Position numbers and translations under genes: made by a program
Part shown: positions 1 to 9,793 of the stretch, one piece after another
How positions within the stretch are numbered: position 1 is the first letter of the stretch
Layout of the letters: every line of letters begins with the position of its first letter
Assembly (NCBI GenBank): GCA_963743885.1
Contig: CAVURJ010000001.1
Coordinates: forward strand, 355,173 to 419,172
Direction of reading: 5' to 3'
Length of the DNA: 64,000 nt
From: Candidatus Moraniibacteriota bacterium
Lineage (GTDB): Bacteria > Patescibacteriota > Minisyncoccia > Moranbacterales > UBA1568
Notes under the pieces: generated by a model
Databases searched by the model: none
What the model saw: only the letters and a program-made list of their open reading frames with translations
What the model was told of the DNA's origin: nothing

Positions 1-209
1 CTCATCCGGTGGAAATGGAGATTCCGGAGGGGCTCGCAGCGAAGATCGAGAACAACATCATGACCATTTCCGGTATTGATAAGCAGATGGTCGGCGAGTT
101 CGCTGCCGTCATAAGGAAGCGCAAGCCAGTGGAGCCGTACAAGGGTAAGGGATTCCGCTATGTCGGCGAGATCGTCAGGCGCAAGGAAGGCAAGAAGGCC
201 GCCGCGTAA
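1..209 (+). CDS. rplF: 50S ribosomal protein L6, C-terminal part (5' end outside window)
   Basis: ORF 9..209 (...[16 protein letters not shown]...) matches the L6 C-terminus; lies upstream of rplR in conserved spc-operon order. Confidence 0.85.
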   Translation, partial: HPVEMEIPEGLAAKIENNIMTISGIDKQMVGEFAAVIRKRKPVEPYKGKGFRYVGEIVRRKEGKKAAA

Positions 210-237
210 AATATTTTAACATTTCAATATTCAAATA

Positions 238-609
238 TTGAAATATCCCCATATGTTGAAGCGAGAAGCGAAAAAAGCGAAGCGGTACGAGCGCAAGCGC
301 CGTGTCCGTGCCAAGATTTCCGGTACGGCGGAGTGTCCGCGCGTGTCTGTTTTCCGTAGCCTCAAGGGCGTTTCGGCCCAGGCGATTGATGACGAGGCAG
401 GCAAGACGCTGGCCCAGGCCAATCTCTTCGAGCTCGGCAAGAAGGCTGAGAACACCGTCGAGGGAGCCGCGCAGGTGGGTAAGCTCATTGCGGAGCGCTT
501 GGTCGCTCTCGGCGTGAGCCGGTCCGTCTTCGACCGATCCGGATACAAGTATCACGGCAAGGTGAAGGCGATCGCCGAAGCCATGCGCGAGAACGGTATC
601 ACGATCTAA
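238..609 (+). CDS. rplR: 50S ribosomal protein L18
   Basis: 123-aa basic protein with L18-like sequence; conserved position between L6 and S5. Confidence 0.9.
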   Translation: MKYPHMLKREAKKAKRYERKRRVRAKISGTAECPRVSVFRSLKGVSAQAIDDEAGKTLAQANLFELGKKAENTVEGAAQVGKLIAERLVALGVSRSVFDRSGYKYHGKVKAIAEAMRENGITI

Positions 610-631
610 GTATTTCTAAAGAAGCCTTTCT

Positions 632-1141
632 ATGGCAAAGCAGCAAGGAAAAAGGACAATGAGGAGGGAGAAGCCGGAGTTCGATCAGAAGCTCCTCAAT
701 TTGGCGCGCGTCACTCGCGTGGTGAAGGGCGGCCGCCGTTTCCGTTTCCGAGCGACGCTCGTCATCGGGAACCGCAAGGGCAAGGTCGGTGTCGGTGTCG
801 CGAAGGGCGCTGATGTTTCCGGTGCTATTCAGAAGGCTTTCAACGATGCCAAGAAGAACATGGTTACTATCGCGCTCGATGGATCGACCATTCCGCACGA
901 TACCGCTGCGAAGCTCGGTGCAGCCTCGGTGCTCCTCAAGCCAGCCTCGGCCGGTCAGGGTGTCATCGCTGGTGGTGCCGTCCGCGCGGTCGTTGATCTC
1001 CTGGGCGTCAAGGATATCGTTTCGAAGTCGCTCGGAGCATCCAACCCGCTCAATGTCGCCCGTGCGACCATCAAGGCGCTCGAAGGCCTCAAGGCCCCTC
1101 GCGTCAAGGCTGAGAAGAAGACGGAAGAAGTCGCAGCCTAA
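632..1141 (+). CDS. rpsE: 30S ribosomal protein S5
   Basis: 169 aa; VTRVVKGGRRFRF...GAGVIAGG motifs typical of S5. Confidence 0.92.
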   Translation: MAKQQGKRTMRREKPEFDQKLLNLARVTRVVKGGRRFRFRATLVIGNRKGKVGVGVAKGADVSGAIQKAFNDAKKNMVTIALDGSTIPHDTAAKLGAASVLLKPASAGQGVIAGGAVRAVVDLLGVKDIVSKSLGASNPLNVARATIKALEGLKAPRVKAEKKTEEVAA

Positions 1142-1168
1142 GCCGGTTACCGCTATCTACACGAATCT

Positions 1169-1585
1169 ATGCAGATCCATCAACTCACAGTAGCAAAGCG
1201 CCAGGAGCGCAAGCGCATCGGCCGTGGCGGCAAGCGCGGCACCACGTCGGGCCGTGGCACCAAGGGCCAGAAGTCCCGTACCGGTTCGTCCGTCGACCCG
1301 TTGTTCGAGGGTGGACGCTCCACGTTTACTGAGCGTCTGAAGAAGCTTCGCGGTTTCAAGTCCATCCATCCGAAGATGCATGCCGTCACGCTTACCAAGA
1401 TCGACCGGATGTTCGCGGATGGCGAGACCGTCACACTCGCAGCACTTATCGAGAAGAAGCTTGTCAGTAAGCGGGCGCTCAAGGACGGTGCTAAGGTGTT
1501 GGCGACCGGCGAGCTTACGAAGAAGCTCGTTCTCGGCAGCGATGTCGCCGCCTCCGAGAAGGCGAAAGCAGCCTTCAAGGCGTAA
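1169..1585 (+). CDS. rplO: 50S ribosomal protein L15 (no L30 gene between S5 and L15)
   Basis: 138 aa; GRGGKRGTTSGRGTKGQKSR motif of L15; only 27 bp separate it from rpsE, so rpmD is absent. Confidence 0.92.
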   Translation: MQIHQLTVAKRQERKRIGRGGKRGTTSGRGTKGQKSRTGSSVDPLFEGGRSTFTERLKKLRGFKSIHPKMHAVTLTKIDRMFADGETVTLAALIEKKLVSKRALKDGAKVLATGELTKKLVLGSDVAASEKAKAAFKA

Positions 1586-1600
1586 ACTGCAGTTTTCGAT

Positions 1601-1629
1601 CCCGCGCTTCTGAAAAGCGCGGGTTTTTG
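1601..1629 (+). terminator. rho-independent terminator after rplO
   Basis: hairpin cccgcgcttctgaaaagcgcggg followed by TTTTT. Confidence 0.75.
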
Positions 1630-1688
1630 CTTTCTTGAGGCAAAACTGCTAGAATCTAAAAGTTGAATCTACTATATACATTCCTGCT

Positions 1689-2960
1689 ATGTACGAGGCA
1701 CTCCAGAACATTTTCCGCGTTTCCGAGCTCCGAAACAAGATTTTGTTTATTTTCGGTATCTTGGTTGTGTATCGTGTGATCGCCAATATCCCGCTTCCGG
1801 GCGTCGATGTACTGGCGCTTCAGAAGCTGTTTGAGGATAATGCTTTTCTCGGACTCCTCAATATGTTCTCCGGCGGCGGATTGTCCAATATCTCGATTGT
1901 GCTTTTGGGTGTCGCACCGTATATTACTGCTTCGATCATCATGCAGCTCATGACGACGCTTGTACCGACGCTTGAGCGTTTGTACAAGGAAGAGGGCGAG
2001 CAGGGACGCCAGAAGTTCAATATGTATACGCGCTGGCTGACCGTGCCGCTTGCGGCGCTCCAATCGTTCAGCATGCTTTCGCTTCTCCGCTCGCAGCAGA
2101 TCCTGGGTGATATCGTGGCGTTCGATATGGCGGTCATCATCGTCACAGCGACCGCTGGCACGATCTTCCTCATGTGGCTCGGCGAGCTTATCACAGAGAA
2201 GGGACTCGGCAACGGCGTTTCTATGATCATCTTTGCAGGCATCGTCACGAGCCTGCCGACATCCGTTTCGCGCTTTATCTCGACATGGGATCCGTCGCAG
2301 CTCTTCACATACCTCCTGTTCTTTGTGCTCGCGGTTGTCACGATCGCCGGCGTTATCTTCATCAATGAGGGGCAGCGCACTATCCCGGTGGCGTATGCCA
2401 AGCGAATGCGCGGTGCTCAGGTCTATGGCGGTTCATCGACGCATCTTCCGCTCAAGGTCAATCAGGCCGGCGTTATCCCGATCATCTTCGCTGTCTCACT
2501 CATCCTCATCCCGACCATGGTGGCCAACTATTTTGCTCAGGCCGGTACAGGAAGAGTGGCTGAGATCGCGCTGTCCGTCTCAGCGTGGTTGCAGGATCAG
2601 TGGGTCTATGGCAGCATCTACTTCCTGCTCGTTGTCATTTTCACGTACTTCTATACCGCGGTCGTCTTCGATCCGGTCAAGATTTCTGAAAACCTCCAGA
2701 AGCAGGGCGGCTATATACCAGGCATCCGTCCTGGCAATACGACGGCCGAGTACCTCTACCACATCATCAATCGCATCACGCTCGCTGGGTCGGTCTTCCT
2801 CGGCGCCATCGCGGTCTTGCCGTATGTCGTGCAGGGCATCACGGGCATCCAGACGCTCACGCTCGGCGGCATCTCGATCCTCATCGTCGTATCGGTTGTG
2901 CTTGAGACGATCAAGCATACGCAGAGCCAGCTGGTGATGCGTAGCTATGAATCGTTCTAG
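1689..2960 (+). CDS. secY: preprotein translocase subunit SecY
   Basis: 423-aa polytopic membrane protein; SecY N-terminal and TM-segment motifs; conserved position after rplO. Confidence 0.95.
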   Translation: MYEALQNIFRVSELRNKILFIFGILVVYRVIANIPLPGVDVLALQKLFEDNAFLGLLNMFSGGGLSNISIVLLGVAPYITASIIMQLMTTLVPTLERLYKEEGEQGRQKFNMYTRWLTVPLAALQSFSMLSLLRSQQILGDIVAFDMAVIIVTATAGTIFLMWLGELITEKGLGNGVSMIIFAGIVTSLPTSVSRFISTWDPSQLFTYLLFFVLAVVTIAGVIFINEGQRTIPVAYAKRMRGAQVYGGSSTHLPLKVNQAGVIPIIFAVSLILIPTMVANYFAQAGTGRVAEIALSVSAWLQDQWVYGSIYFLLVVIFTYFYTAVVFDPVKISENLQKQGGYIPGIRPGNTTAEYLYHIINRITLAGSVFLGAIAVLPYVVQGITGIQTLTLGGISILIVVSVVLETIKHTQSQLVMRSYESF

Positions 2961-2998
2961 TGAATGATAGAAATTAGATATTAGAAATTTTTTATCAC

Positions 2999-3661
2999 AT
3001 GCCATTAAAGGACACCTACATCCTGCTCGGCTCAGCCGGTTCCGGCAAGAGCACCCAGGCAGAGCTTTTGAAGAGCTCGCTCCATCTTTCTCATGTCGAT
3101 ATCGGGGCAGAATTGCGCGCGGTCGCGTCGCATGATACGCCGTTCGGCCGACAGGTGAATGAGATCATGAATGGCCGTCACGAGCTTCTGCCCGATGAAA
3201 TCATCCATGACGTGCTCGAGAATGCGATCCGTTCTGTGCCGGAGACGGTTGGTATTCTCATCGATGGCGCACCACGCTGCGAGAGCCAGATCGCGCAAGT
3301 GCTTGGCGTTCTCGAAGAGACGGGGAGAGAGCTTAATACGGTCATTTATATAGACGTGCCGGAGACGGTGTCGGTTGATCGTATTTCCAAGCGTTTCGCC
3401 TGTCAGGGCTGCCACCGTACGTATATCCTCGGCAAGAACCTGATTGATGCCGACGTTCCGTGCCGGTATTGCGGTGGGAAGATTTCTCAGCGCGAGGATG
3501 ATACCGAGGAGGGGGTCCGCAAGCGCCACCAGGTCTTCCACGAGGAGACGCTTCCGGTCGTCGAGTATTTCGAAAAGACGGGCAAACTGCTCCGTGTCGA
3601 TGGCAACCAAGAAACCTACAAAGTATTTAAGTTTATTCTTGAACATGTCCGCCCCGAATAA
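2999..3661 (+). CDS. adk: adenylate kinase (zinc-binding lid type)
   Basis: GSGKSTQ P-loop, CQGC...CRYCGG lid cysteines; follows secY. Confidence 0.93.
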   Translation: MPLKDTYILLGSAGSGKSTQAELLKSSLHLSHVDIGAELRAVASHDTPFGRQVNEIMNGRHELLPDEIIHDVLENAIRSVPETVGILIDGAPRCESQIAQVLGVLEETGRELNTVIYIDVPETVSVDRISKRFACQGCHRTYILGKNLIDADVPCRYCGGKISQREDDTEEGVRKRHQVFHEETLPVVEYFEKTGKLLRVDGNQETYKVFKFILEHVRPE

Positions 3662-3685
3662 TACGGCCTTGCCGTATGTAAAACT

Positions 3686-4453
3686 ATGAAAGAATGGGTC
3701 AAAACTGAAGATGAACTCCGGCGTTTTCGTGCAGCTGGAAAAGCGCTCGCCTTGGTGCTTGCGGAAGTGATGGCGGCGGTCCGTCCTGGCATGACGACAT
3801 GGGAAGTGGATGCGCTCGCTGAGCGATTGATTCGCGAAAAGGGTGGTACGCCGATTTTTAAAGGTTATGGAGCCGAGTATGGTCGGCCGTTTCCGGCATC
3901 ACTTTGTACGTCGCTTAATGACGAGGTGGTGCATGGTATTCCGAGCGCAAAGCGGGTTATCCGCGAGGGTGATCTCTTCAAACTCGATATCGGTCTCCGG
4001 CTTGATGGTATGGTAGCGGATATGGCGCGGACGATGGCGGTCGGAGAGGTATCGGACGAGGCAAAGCGACTCATGGCGGTTACAGAGGAAAGTCTTCGTC
4101 TTGGCATCGCTGAGCTCCGTTCCGGTGCTCGTATCTCGGCATATGCGCATGCGGTGCAGTCGTATGTCGAGGCAGCCGGCTGTTCGGTCGTTCGCGACCT
4201 GGTTGGTCATGGCGTGGGTCGCGAGCTCCATGAGGAACCGCAGGTGCCGAATTTCGTCTCGCGCCAGCTTGATGATTTCGTCCTTGAGCCGGGCATGACG
4301 CTCGCGCTTGAACCAATGGTGAATGCTGGGAAGTACATGGTCAAGATCGCACCGGATGACTGGACGTTCGTCACGACCGATGGCTCGCTCTCGGCGCACT
4401 TCGAGGATTCGGTCATTATTACGGATGGAGAGGCAGAAATCGTCACGAGATAG
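3686..4453 (+). CDS. map: methionine aminopeptidase type I
   Basis: 255 aa; MetAP pita-bread fold motifs (HGVGRELHEEP, metal-ligand D/H/E pattern); follows adk. Confidence 0.93.
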   Translation: MKEWVKTEDELRRFRAAGKALALVLAEVMAAVRPGMTTWEVDALAERLIREKGGTPIFKGYGAEYGRPFPASLCTSLNDEVVHGIPSAKRVIREGDLFKLDIGLRLDGMVADMARTMAVGEVSDEAKRLMAVTEESLRLGIAELRSGARISAYAHAVQSYVEAAGCSVVRDLVGHGVGRELHEEPQVPNFVSRQLDDFVLEPGMTLALEPMVNAGKYMVKIAPDDWTFVTTDGSLSAHFEDSVIITDGEAEIVTR

Positions 4454-4560
4454 TATCCCGTATTTGCGTATATCGTATATCGGAATATCCTAAACAAGGT
4501 CTTCTTCACCGGCATACGATATACGAAATTCGATATTCGTCTTTTGAGGAGCACTATACT

Positions 4561-4992
4561 TTGGTTAAAGGAAATATGTCGCAAGAGGTTGGAAAAAACT
4601 ATTTAGGAATCGATTGGGGTGCTTCCGATGTGGGGGTAGCGCTCGCACATAGGGAGACGCGCGTGGCTATGGCCTATGCGACGCTGGCAAATGATGGGGA
4701 GCTCTTGCAGCACCTTGCGGATATCATCGCCCGTGAGGATGTCGGCACAGTCGTTATTGGTATCCCGTCGTATATCAACCGCAAGGACGTCGAATATGAA
4801 GGGGAGAAGCTCGGAAAGTTGATTGCTGACATGCTTCCGGATATCCGAGTGGAATACCAGAATGAGATGTTCACGACCAAGATGGCCCAGGTGAATCTGA
4901 TTGAGCGTGGTATGAGGCAGGTCTCAAAACATGACGACGAAGAAGCTGCCCGCATTATTCTCGAAGAATGGCTAGAAAGAAGCGCTTGTTGA
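4561..4992 (+). CDS. ruvX: Holliday-junction resolvase-like nuclease YqgF/RuvX
   Basis: LGIDWGASDVGVALA N-terminal motif of the YqgF/RuvX family; 143 aa; true start may be at MSQEV (4576). Confidence 0.75.
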   Translation: MVKGNMSQEVGKNYLGIDWGASDVGVALAHRETRVAMAYATLANDGELLQHLADIIAREDVGTVVIGIPSYINRKDVEYEGEKLGKLIADMLPDIRVEYQNEMFTTKMAQVNLIERGMRQVSKHDDEEAARIILEEWLERSAC

Positions 4993-5078
4993 TGTCGTTA
5001 GGATTATCGTGCGGAGAGGGGATTTTTGTGGTACAATATCCGTGTAATTAGTCAGGATCATCATCCTCTTTTTTCTGT

Positions 5079-5858
5079 ATGGAACAGCCCTATCTGTCAG
5101 TCATCATCCCGGCCTACAAGGAAGGTGAGCGTATCGGGCGCAATCTACTCGAGATAGACAAGTATCTCAAGGGGAAGAATTATCCGTATGAGATTATCGT
5201 CGTGGATGATGGGTCTCCGGATAATACCGCCGAAGTGGCGCGCAACTACGCGCTCCAGGTACCGAATCTCCGGGTCATCGACAACGATGAGAATCATGGC
5301 AAGGGCTATGTCGTCCGCCAGGGGCTTTTGGACGCCAAAGGAAAGTATCGTCTTTTCCTCGATGCTGACGGTTCCACGTCAATCACGCATCTGGATTCCT
5401 TCCTGCCGCAGTTGGAGAGTGGCTATGATGTCGTCATCGGCTCGCGCAAGATTGAGGGGTCCTTTGTCCAGGTGCACCAGCCGCGACATCGGGAGATCAT
5501 GGGCGAGGGCGGCAATTGGCTTATTCGTATCGTGCTCGGGCTGTGGAGCTATCCGGACACGCAGTGCGGTTTCAAGATGATGAATGCCGAATCAGCCGAG
5601 CAGGTGGCGAGCCGCATGGTCATTGACCGCTTCGGGTTTGATTTCGAGCAGATCATCCTTTCCATCAAGCTCGGCTTCAGGGTCAAGCAGATGCCGGTCC
5701 GCTGGATGAATGAGGAGGGGTCGACCGTATCGCTTACCGGTCCGAACGGTTTCATCCAGGTACTGATAGACCTTTTCAAGACGAAGTGGCGCCTTTTGAT
5801 CGGCGCGTACCATATTGGAGCGTATACCAAGGCCAAGACTGAAGCAGTGAAGGCCTGA
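5079..5858 (+). CDS. family-2 glycosyltransferase (dolichyl/polyprenyl-phosphate sugar synthase-like)
   Basis: LSVIIPAYKE...IVVDDGSPDNT...DADG GT-A fold signature (DxD). Confidence 0.85.
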   Translation: MEQPYLSVIIPAYKEGERIGRNLLEIDKYLKGKNYPYEIIVVDDGSPDNTAEVARNYALQVPNLRVIDNDENHGKGYVVRQGLLDAKGKYRLFLDADGSTSITHLDSFLPQLESGYDVVIGSRKIEGSFVQVHQPRHREIMGEGGNWLIRIVLGLWSYPDTQCGFKMMNAESAEQVASRMVIDRFGFDFEQIILSIKLGFRVKQMPVRWMNEEGSTVSLTGPNGFIQVLIDLFKTKWRLLIGAYHIGAYTKAKTEAVKA

Positions 5859-5874
5859 AGCAGCAAAAAAAGGA

Positions 5875-6924
5875 GTGGAAACAAAACAGAAAGAAATGTC
5901 GGATATACAGATTGAAAACGTGAAAAAGGGTGCGACCTACGAATCCGAGCTTCGGCAGGATATCGTGACAGGGGATTGGGTCGTCATCGCCACTGGCCGC
6001 GCCAAGCGTCCGGATGATTTCGTTGCGGTCGAGCGTATCCCATCTGAGGATGGGCCGGACCCATTCGATGATCCAGAGGCGTCTGGCCAGGAGAAGGATA
6101 TTCTCATCTATCGGCGTGATGACGGCGATTGGAGTCTGCGCGTCTTCCCGAACAAATACCCAGCCTTTACCCGTAGCAAGGCGGTCCGCGAGCTCTCAGA
6201 GGGACCGTATTTTTCTATGACTGGTGTCGGCTATCACGAGATAGTGGTCACACGCGATCCGAGGAAGTCGCTTGGTCTCCTTGAGACCTGGCAGGTGGCC
6301 GAGGTGCTCGATGCGTATCAGGACCGCTATCTGTCGCTCATGAACAAGAAGAGCGTTAGCTATATCCAGATCTTCCATAACCATGGTAAGGAGGCCGGAG
6401 CCTCGATCCCGCACCCACATTCGCAGTTGATGGCCATACCGGTCATCTCGCCGTATATCGAGCTCGAGCTTGATGGAGCGGAGCGCTATTACCGGAGCAA
6501 CCGGCACAAGGTTTACGAAGTGATGGCGGAATATGAGAGTGCGGAAGGGAAGCGTGTCGTCTATGAGAATGATCATTTCATCGCGTTCTGTCCGTTCGCT
6601 TCGCGTGCGGCTTTCGAGGTTTGGGTGGTCGGCAAACATCCGAACCCGTATTTTGAGCGCATCAATGATGAGGAGAAGTTTGCCGCAGCCGAGGCGCTCC
6701 GCACGGCGCTCCGGGCTATCTATGATGGTTTGAATGATCCGGCATACAATTTCTATATCCATACAGCGCCCTGCGATGGCCGCGAGTATCCACACTACCA
6801 GTGGCACATCGAGATTCTGCCGCATACGGGTACGTGGGCCGGATTTGAACTCTCAACCGGTATCGAGGTATCGACGATCCAGCCTGAGGCTGCGGCCGAG
6901 TATCTGCGTTCCAAGATAGCCTGA
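5875..6924 (+). CDS. galT: galactose-1-phosphate uridylyltransferase (GalT/HIT superfamily)
   Basis: FPNKYPAF and HPHSQL motifs characteristic of the GalT family. Confidence 0.8.
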   Translation: METKQKEMSDIQIENVKKGATYESELRQDIVTGDWVVIATGRAKRPDDFVAVERIPSEDGPDPFDDPEASGQEKDILIYRRDDGDWSLRVFPNKYPAFTRSKAVRELSEGPYFSMTGVGYHEIVVTRDPRKSLGLLETWQVAEVLDAYQDRYLSLMNKKSVSYIQIFHNHGKEAGASIPHPHSQLMAIPVISPYIELELDGAERYYRSNRHKVYEVMAEYESAEGKRVVYENDHFIAFCPFASRAAFEVWVVGKHPNPYFERINDEEKFAAAEALRTALRAIYDGLNDPAYNFYIHTAPCDGREYPHYQWHIEILPHTGTWAGFELSTGIEVSTIQPEAAAEYLRSKIA

Positions 6925-6927
6925 TAT

Positions 6928-7710
6928 ATGCGCATGTCTTATGTCATCGGCAATCTGAAGATGAATCTCCTGTCGCGCGAAGAGGCGCGGCAGTATCTTT
7001 CCGTCTTCCGCCGCGAGATGCAGGGGAAACAGCTTGAACATACGGTCTGTGCTGTCTGCCCTTCGTTCGTCCATCTTTCCGAGTTCGATCATCTGCCGCA
7101 TGGCATCAAGAAGGGCGCGCAGGATGTCTTTTGGGAGAAGAGCGGCGCCTATACCGGCGAGGTCTCGCCGGCGACGCTTAAGGACGAAGGTGTCGAGTAT
7201 GTGATCGTGGGTCACAGCGAGCGGCGTCTCTATGGCGGCGAGACGAATGAGATCGTCAGGGAGAAGGCACTCGCCGCGCTCAAGCATCATATGACGCCTA
7301 TCGTCTGCATCGGCGAGACCGATGAGGAGCGTCGGGCTGAGGAGACCGATCGAGTGCTGTCACTTCAGGTACGGACAGTATTTTCTGGACTCTCGAAACT
7401 CCAAGCGGAAGGTGTCATGATTGCCTATGAGCCGCGCTGGGCGATCGGGACGGACCGGCTGCCGACGACACAGGAGATCCTTTCTGTGCGTGTCCTCTTG
7501 CGCAAGATCCTGACGGAGGAGTTCGATGCTCAGACCGCAGAACGCGTTGCTATGATTTACGGTGGATCGGTCAAGAGTTCTTTCCTTGGTGATGTCTCCT
7601 GGGAGGCAGGCATGGATGGCGTGCTGGTCGGGAGAGAGAGTCTTTTTCCGTACGAGCTGGTCAAGATGGCGTCGATGTTTGAAGAGCATGGCAAGGAAGA
7701 AGAGGCATAA
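6928..7710 (+). CDS. tpiA: triosephosphate isomerase
   Basis: IGNLKMN, IVGHSERR and AYEPRWAIGT motifs. Confidence 0.93.
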   Translation: MRMSYVIGNLKMNLLSREEARQYLSVFRREMQGKQLEHTVCAVCPSFVHLSEFDHLPHGIKKGAQDVFWEKSGAYTGEVSPATLKDEGVEYVIVGHSERRLYGGETNEIVREKALAALKHHMTPIVCIGETDEERRAEETDRVLSLQVRTVFSGLSKLQAEGVMIAYEPRWAIGTDRLPTTQEILSVRVLLRKILTEEFDAQTAERVAMIYGGSVKSSFLGDVSWEAGMDGVLVGRESLFPYELVKMASMFEEHGKEEEA

Positions 7711-7714
7711 AAAA

Positions 7715-7858
7715 GCACCAAATCCAAAATCACAATTTCCAAATAAATCCCAATGTTCAAAATAAAAAAATAACGCCGCATCATTTTGAGTTTCGGGATT
7801 TGAATTTGTAATTTGTTTGGAGCTTGGGATTTCAGTTTTTGAATTTTTATAGAAACAT
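7715..7858. repeat. AT-rich imperfect palindromic intergenic element, copy E1 (homologous to 23040..23170)
   Basis: shared words tccaaaatcacaa..ccaaataaat / tttggagcttgggattt..gtttttgaattt with the second copy; the two arms are inverted relative to each other. Confidence 0.6.
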
Positions 7859-8716
7859 ATGATAGTCGATGTGAAGGAGATGCTCATGAAGGCGAAGGCA
7901 GGCGGCTATGCTGTCGGTGCTTTCAATACGGTCAACCTTGAGACGACGCGCGCGATCATCGATACGGCGAAGGAGCTCTCCTCACCGGTCATCGTGCAGA
8001 TGACTGAGAAGACCTTCGACTATGCCGGCGGGCGCGCCATCTTCCATCTTGTGAAGCATATCGCCGAATATTATGCTCCGGAGATCCCAATCGGCATCCA
8101 CCTCGATCATGGTAAGAGTTTTGAAGCAGTGGAGCGGGCCATGGAGATTGGCTTCGGTTCGGTCATGTATGACGGGTCGCGCAAAGAATACGTCGACAAC
8201 CTGATGATGACCAAAAAGATTGTTGAGATCGCTCATAAGAAGGGTATCGTCGTTCAGGCGGAGCTTGGCAATGTGCCGTATCTCGGCGAGATGCAGATGG
8301 AAACGATTGATTGGAACAAGTATATGACCGATCTCGGTCAGGTGGAAGAGTTCGTGAAGGAGACTGGCGTCGATACGCTCGCGGTTGCGATTGGCAATGC
8401 ACACGGGTTTTTTCGTGAACGGAGCGAACCGGATTACGACCGGCTGTCGGCAATCGCTGCCAAGGTGGACTTGCCGCTCGTGCTCCACGGAGCATCCGAT
8501 TGGCATAATGGCCGGGTCACAGAGGTAATCAAGCGCGGTATCAGCTGTTTCAATGTCGATACGGCTGTACGCATGGCGTTCATCAGCGGACTGCGCGAAG
8601 TGCTCGCTTCTGAGGAGGAGACGGATCTCCGCAAGGTGATGGGCAGCGCTCGTGATGCCGCATCGAATGCTGTGAAAGAGAAGATAATCGCATTCGGAAG
8701 CGCGGGACGTGCGTAA
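7859..8716 (+). CDS. fba: fructose-bisphosphate aldolase class II
   Basis: AGGYAVGAFN, VIVQ and HLDHG motifs of class II FBA. Confidence 0.9.
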   Translation: MIVDVKEMLMKAKAGGYAVGAFNTVNLETTRAIIDTAKELSSPVIVQMTEKTFDYAGGRAIFHLVKHIAEYYAPEIPIGIHLDHGKSFEAVERAMEIGFGSVMYDGSRKEYVDNLMMTKKIVEIAHKKGIVVQAELGNVPYLGEMQMETIDWNKYMTDLGQVEEFVKETGVDTLAVAIGNAHGFFRERSEPDYDRLSAIAAKVDLPLVLHGASDWHNGRVTEVIKRGISCFNVDTAVRMAFISGLREVLASEEETDLRKVMGSARDAASNAVKEKIIAFGSAGRA

Positions 8717-8764
8717 GACAGAATAAAGAATCATGAATTAAGAATCAAGAAAAGGAATAAACCT

Positions 8765-9763
8765 ATGGCGAAAAGAATTGCGATAAACGGTTTTGGGAGG
8801 ATTGGACGTGCGGCGCTCAAGATCGCGCTTGAGAAGAAGTCGCTCGAGGTGGTGGCGATCAATGACCTGACGGAGGCGTCCGTTTTGGCGCATCTGTTCC
8901 GCTATGATACGGCGTATGGCCGCTATCGGAAGAGCGTCGAGGCGAAGGATGGCAAGCTTATCATCGACGGCCAGGAGATTCCCGTGTATGCCGAACCGGA
9001 TCCGAAAAAGCTGCCTTGGGGCGAGCTCAAGGTAGATGTAGTGCTCGAGTGCACCGGTCGTTTCACAGATAAGGATAGTTCAGCTCAGCATATCGAGGCG
9101 GGCGCGAAGAAAGTAGTGCTTTCAGCGCCGTCCAAAGGCGATGATGGCTCTGTTCCGACCTTTCTTATTGGCGTGAACGAGGATGAGTACGCCGGCGAAA
9201 CGGTTGTTTCGAACGCTTCCTGTACGACGAACTGCCTGGCACCGGTCGCCAAGGTACTGCACGATGCGTTCGGTATCGGCAAGGCCATGATGACGACGAT
9301 TCATTCGTATACGGCCGACCAGAATCTCCAGGATGCGCCGCATAAGGACCTGCGACGTGCCCGTGCTGCTGCCCAGAATATCGTCCCGACGACGACTGGT
9401 GCAGCGATCTCGGTGACGCAGGTCATTCCTGACCTCAAGGGGATGTTTGATGGCTTGGCGGTCCGTGTGCCGACGATCGTCGTCTCTCTGACTGATTTCA
9501 CGTTCTTGCTCAAGAAGAAGACAACGAAAGAGGAAGTGAACGAGGTGCTCCGTGCCGCTGCTGCTTCAGCACGCTTCGGCAAAGTGCTCGCCGTGACGGA
9601 TGAGCCGCTCGTCTCCTCGGACTTCATCGGCAATCCGTATTCGACAATCGTCGACCTCTCGCTTACCAAGGTGGTGGATGGAGACCTTGTGAAGGTGGTG
9701 GCGTGGTATGATAATGAATGGGGATATTCCAACCGCCTCGTGGAGATGGCGGAGATCATTTAG
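8765..9763 (+). CDS. gap: glyceraldehyde-3-phosphate dehydrogenase
   Basis: INGFGRIGR NAD-binding motif and SCTTNCLAP active-site motif. Confidence 0.95.
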   Translation: MAKRIAINGFGRIGRAALKIALEKKSLEVVAINDLTEASVLAHLFRYDTAYGRYRKSVEAKDGKLIIDGQEIPVYAEPDPKKLPWGELKVDVVLECTGRFTDKDSSAQHIEAGAKKVVLSAPSKGDDGSVPTFLIGVNEDEYAGETVVSNASCTTNCLAPVAKVLHDAFGIGKAMMTTIHSYTADQNLQDAPHKDLRRARAAAQNIVPTTTGAAISVTQVIPDLKGMFDGLAVRVPTIVVSLTDFTFLLKKKTTKEEVNEVLRAAAASARFGKVLAVTDEPLVSSDFIGNPYSTIVDLSLTKVVDGDLVKVVAWYDNEWGYSNRLVEMAEII

Positions 9764-9793
9764 GGATACACATATAACAGGAGGGAAAGTAGT

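Noticed and set aside
2233-2937. Long Ser/Arg-rich alternative-frame ORFs inside secY (2233..2937) and many antisense ORFs listed in the track (e.g. 175..555, 1820..2401, 11163..11921, 21943..22890, 28467.., 37376..38056, 49182..50108, 60722..61759, 62146..63306)
   Set aside because: They overlap well-supported conserved genes in other frames or strands, have low-complexity or Arg/Ser/Pro-rich composition typical of GC-rich off-frame translation, and lack RBSs.
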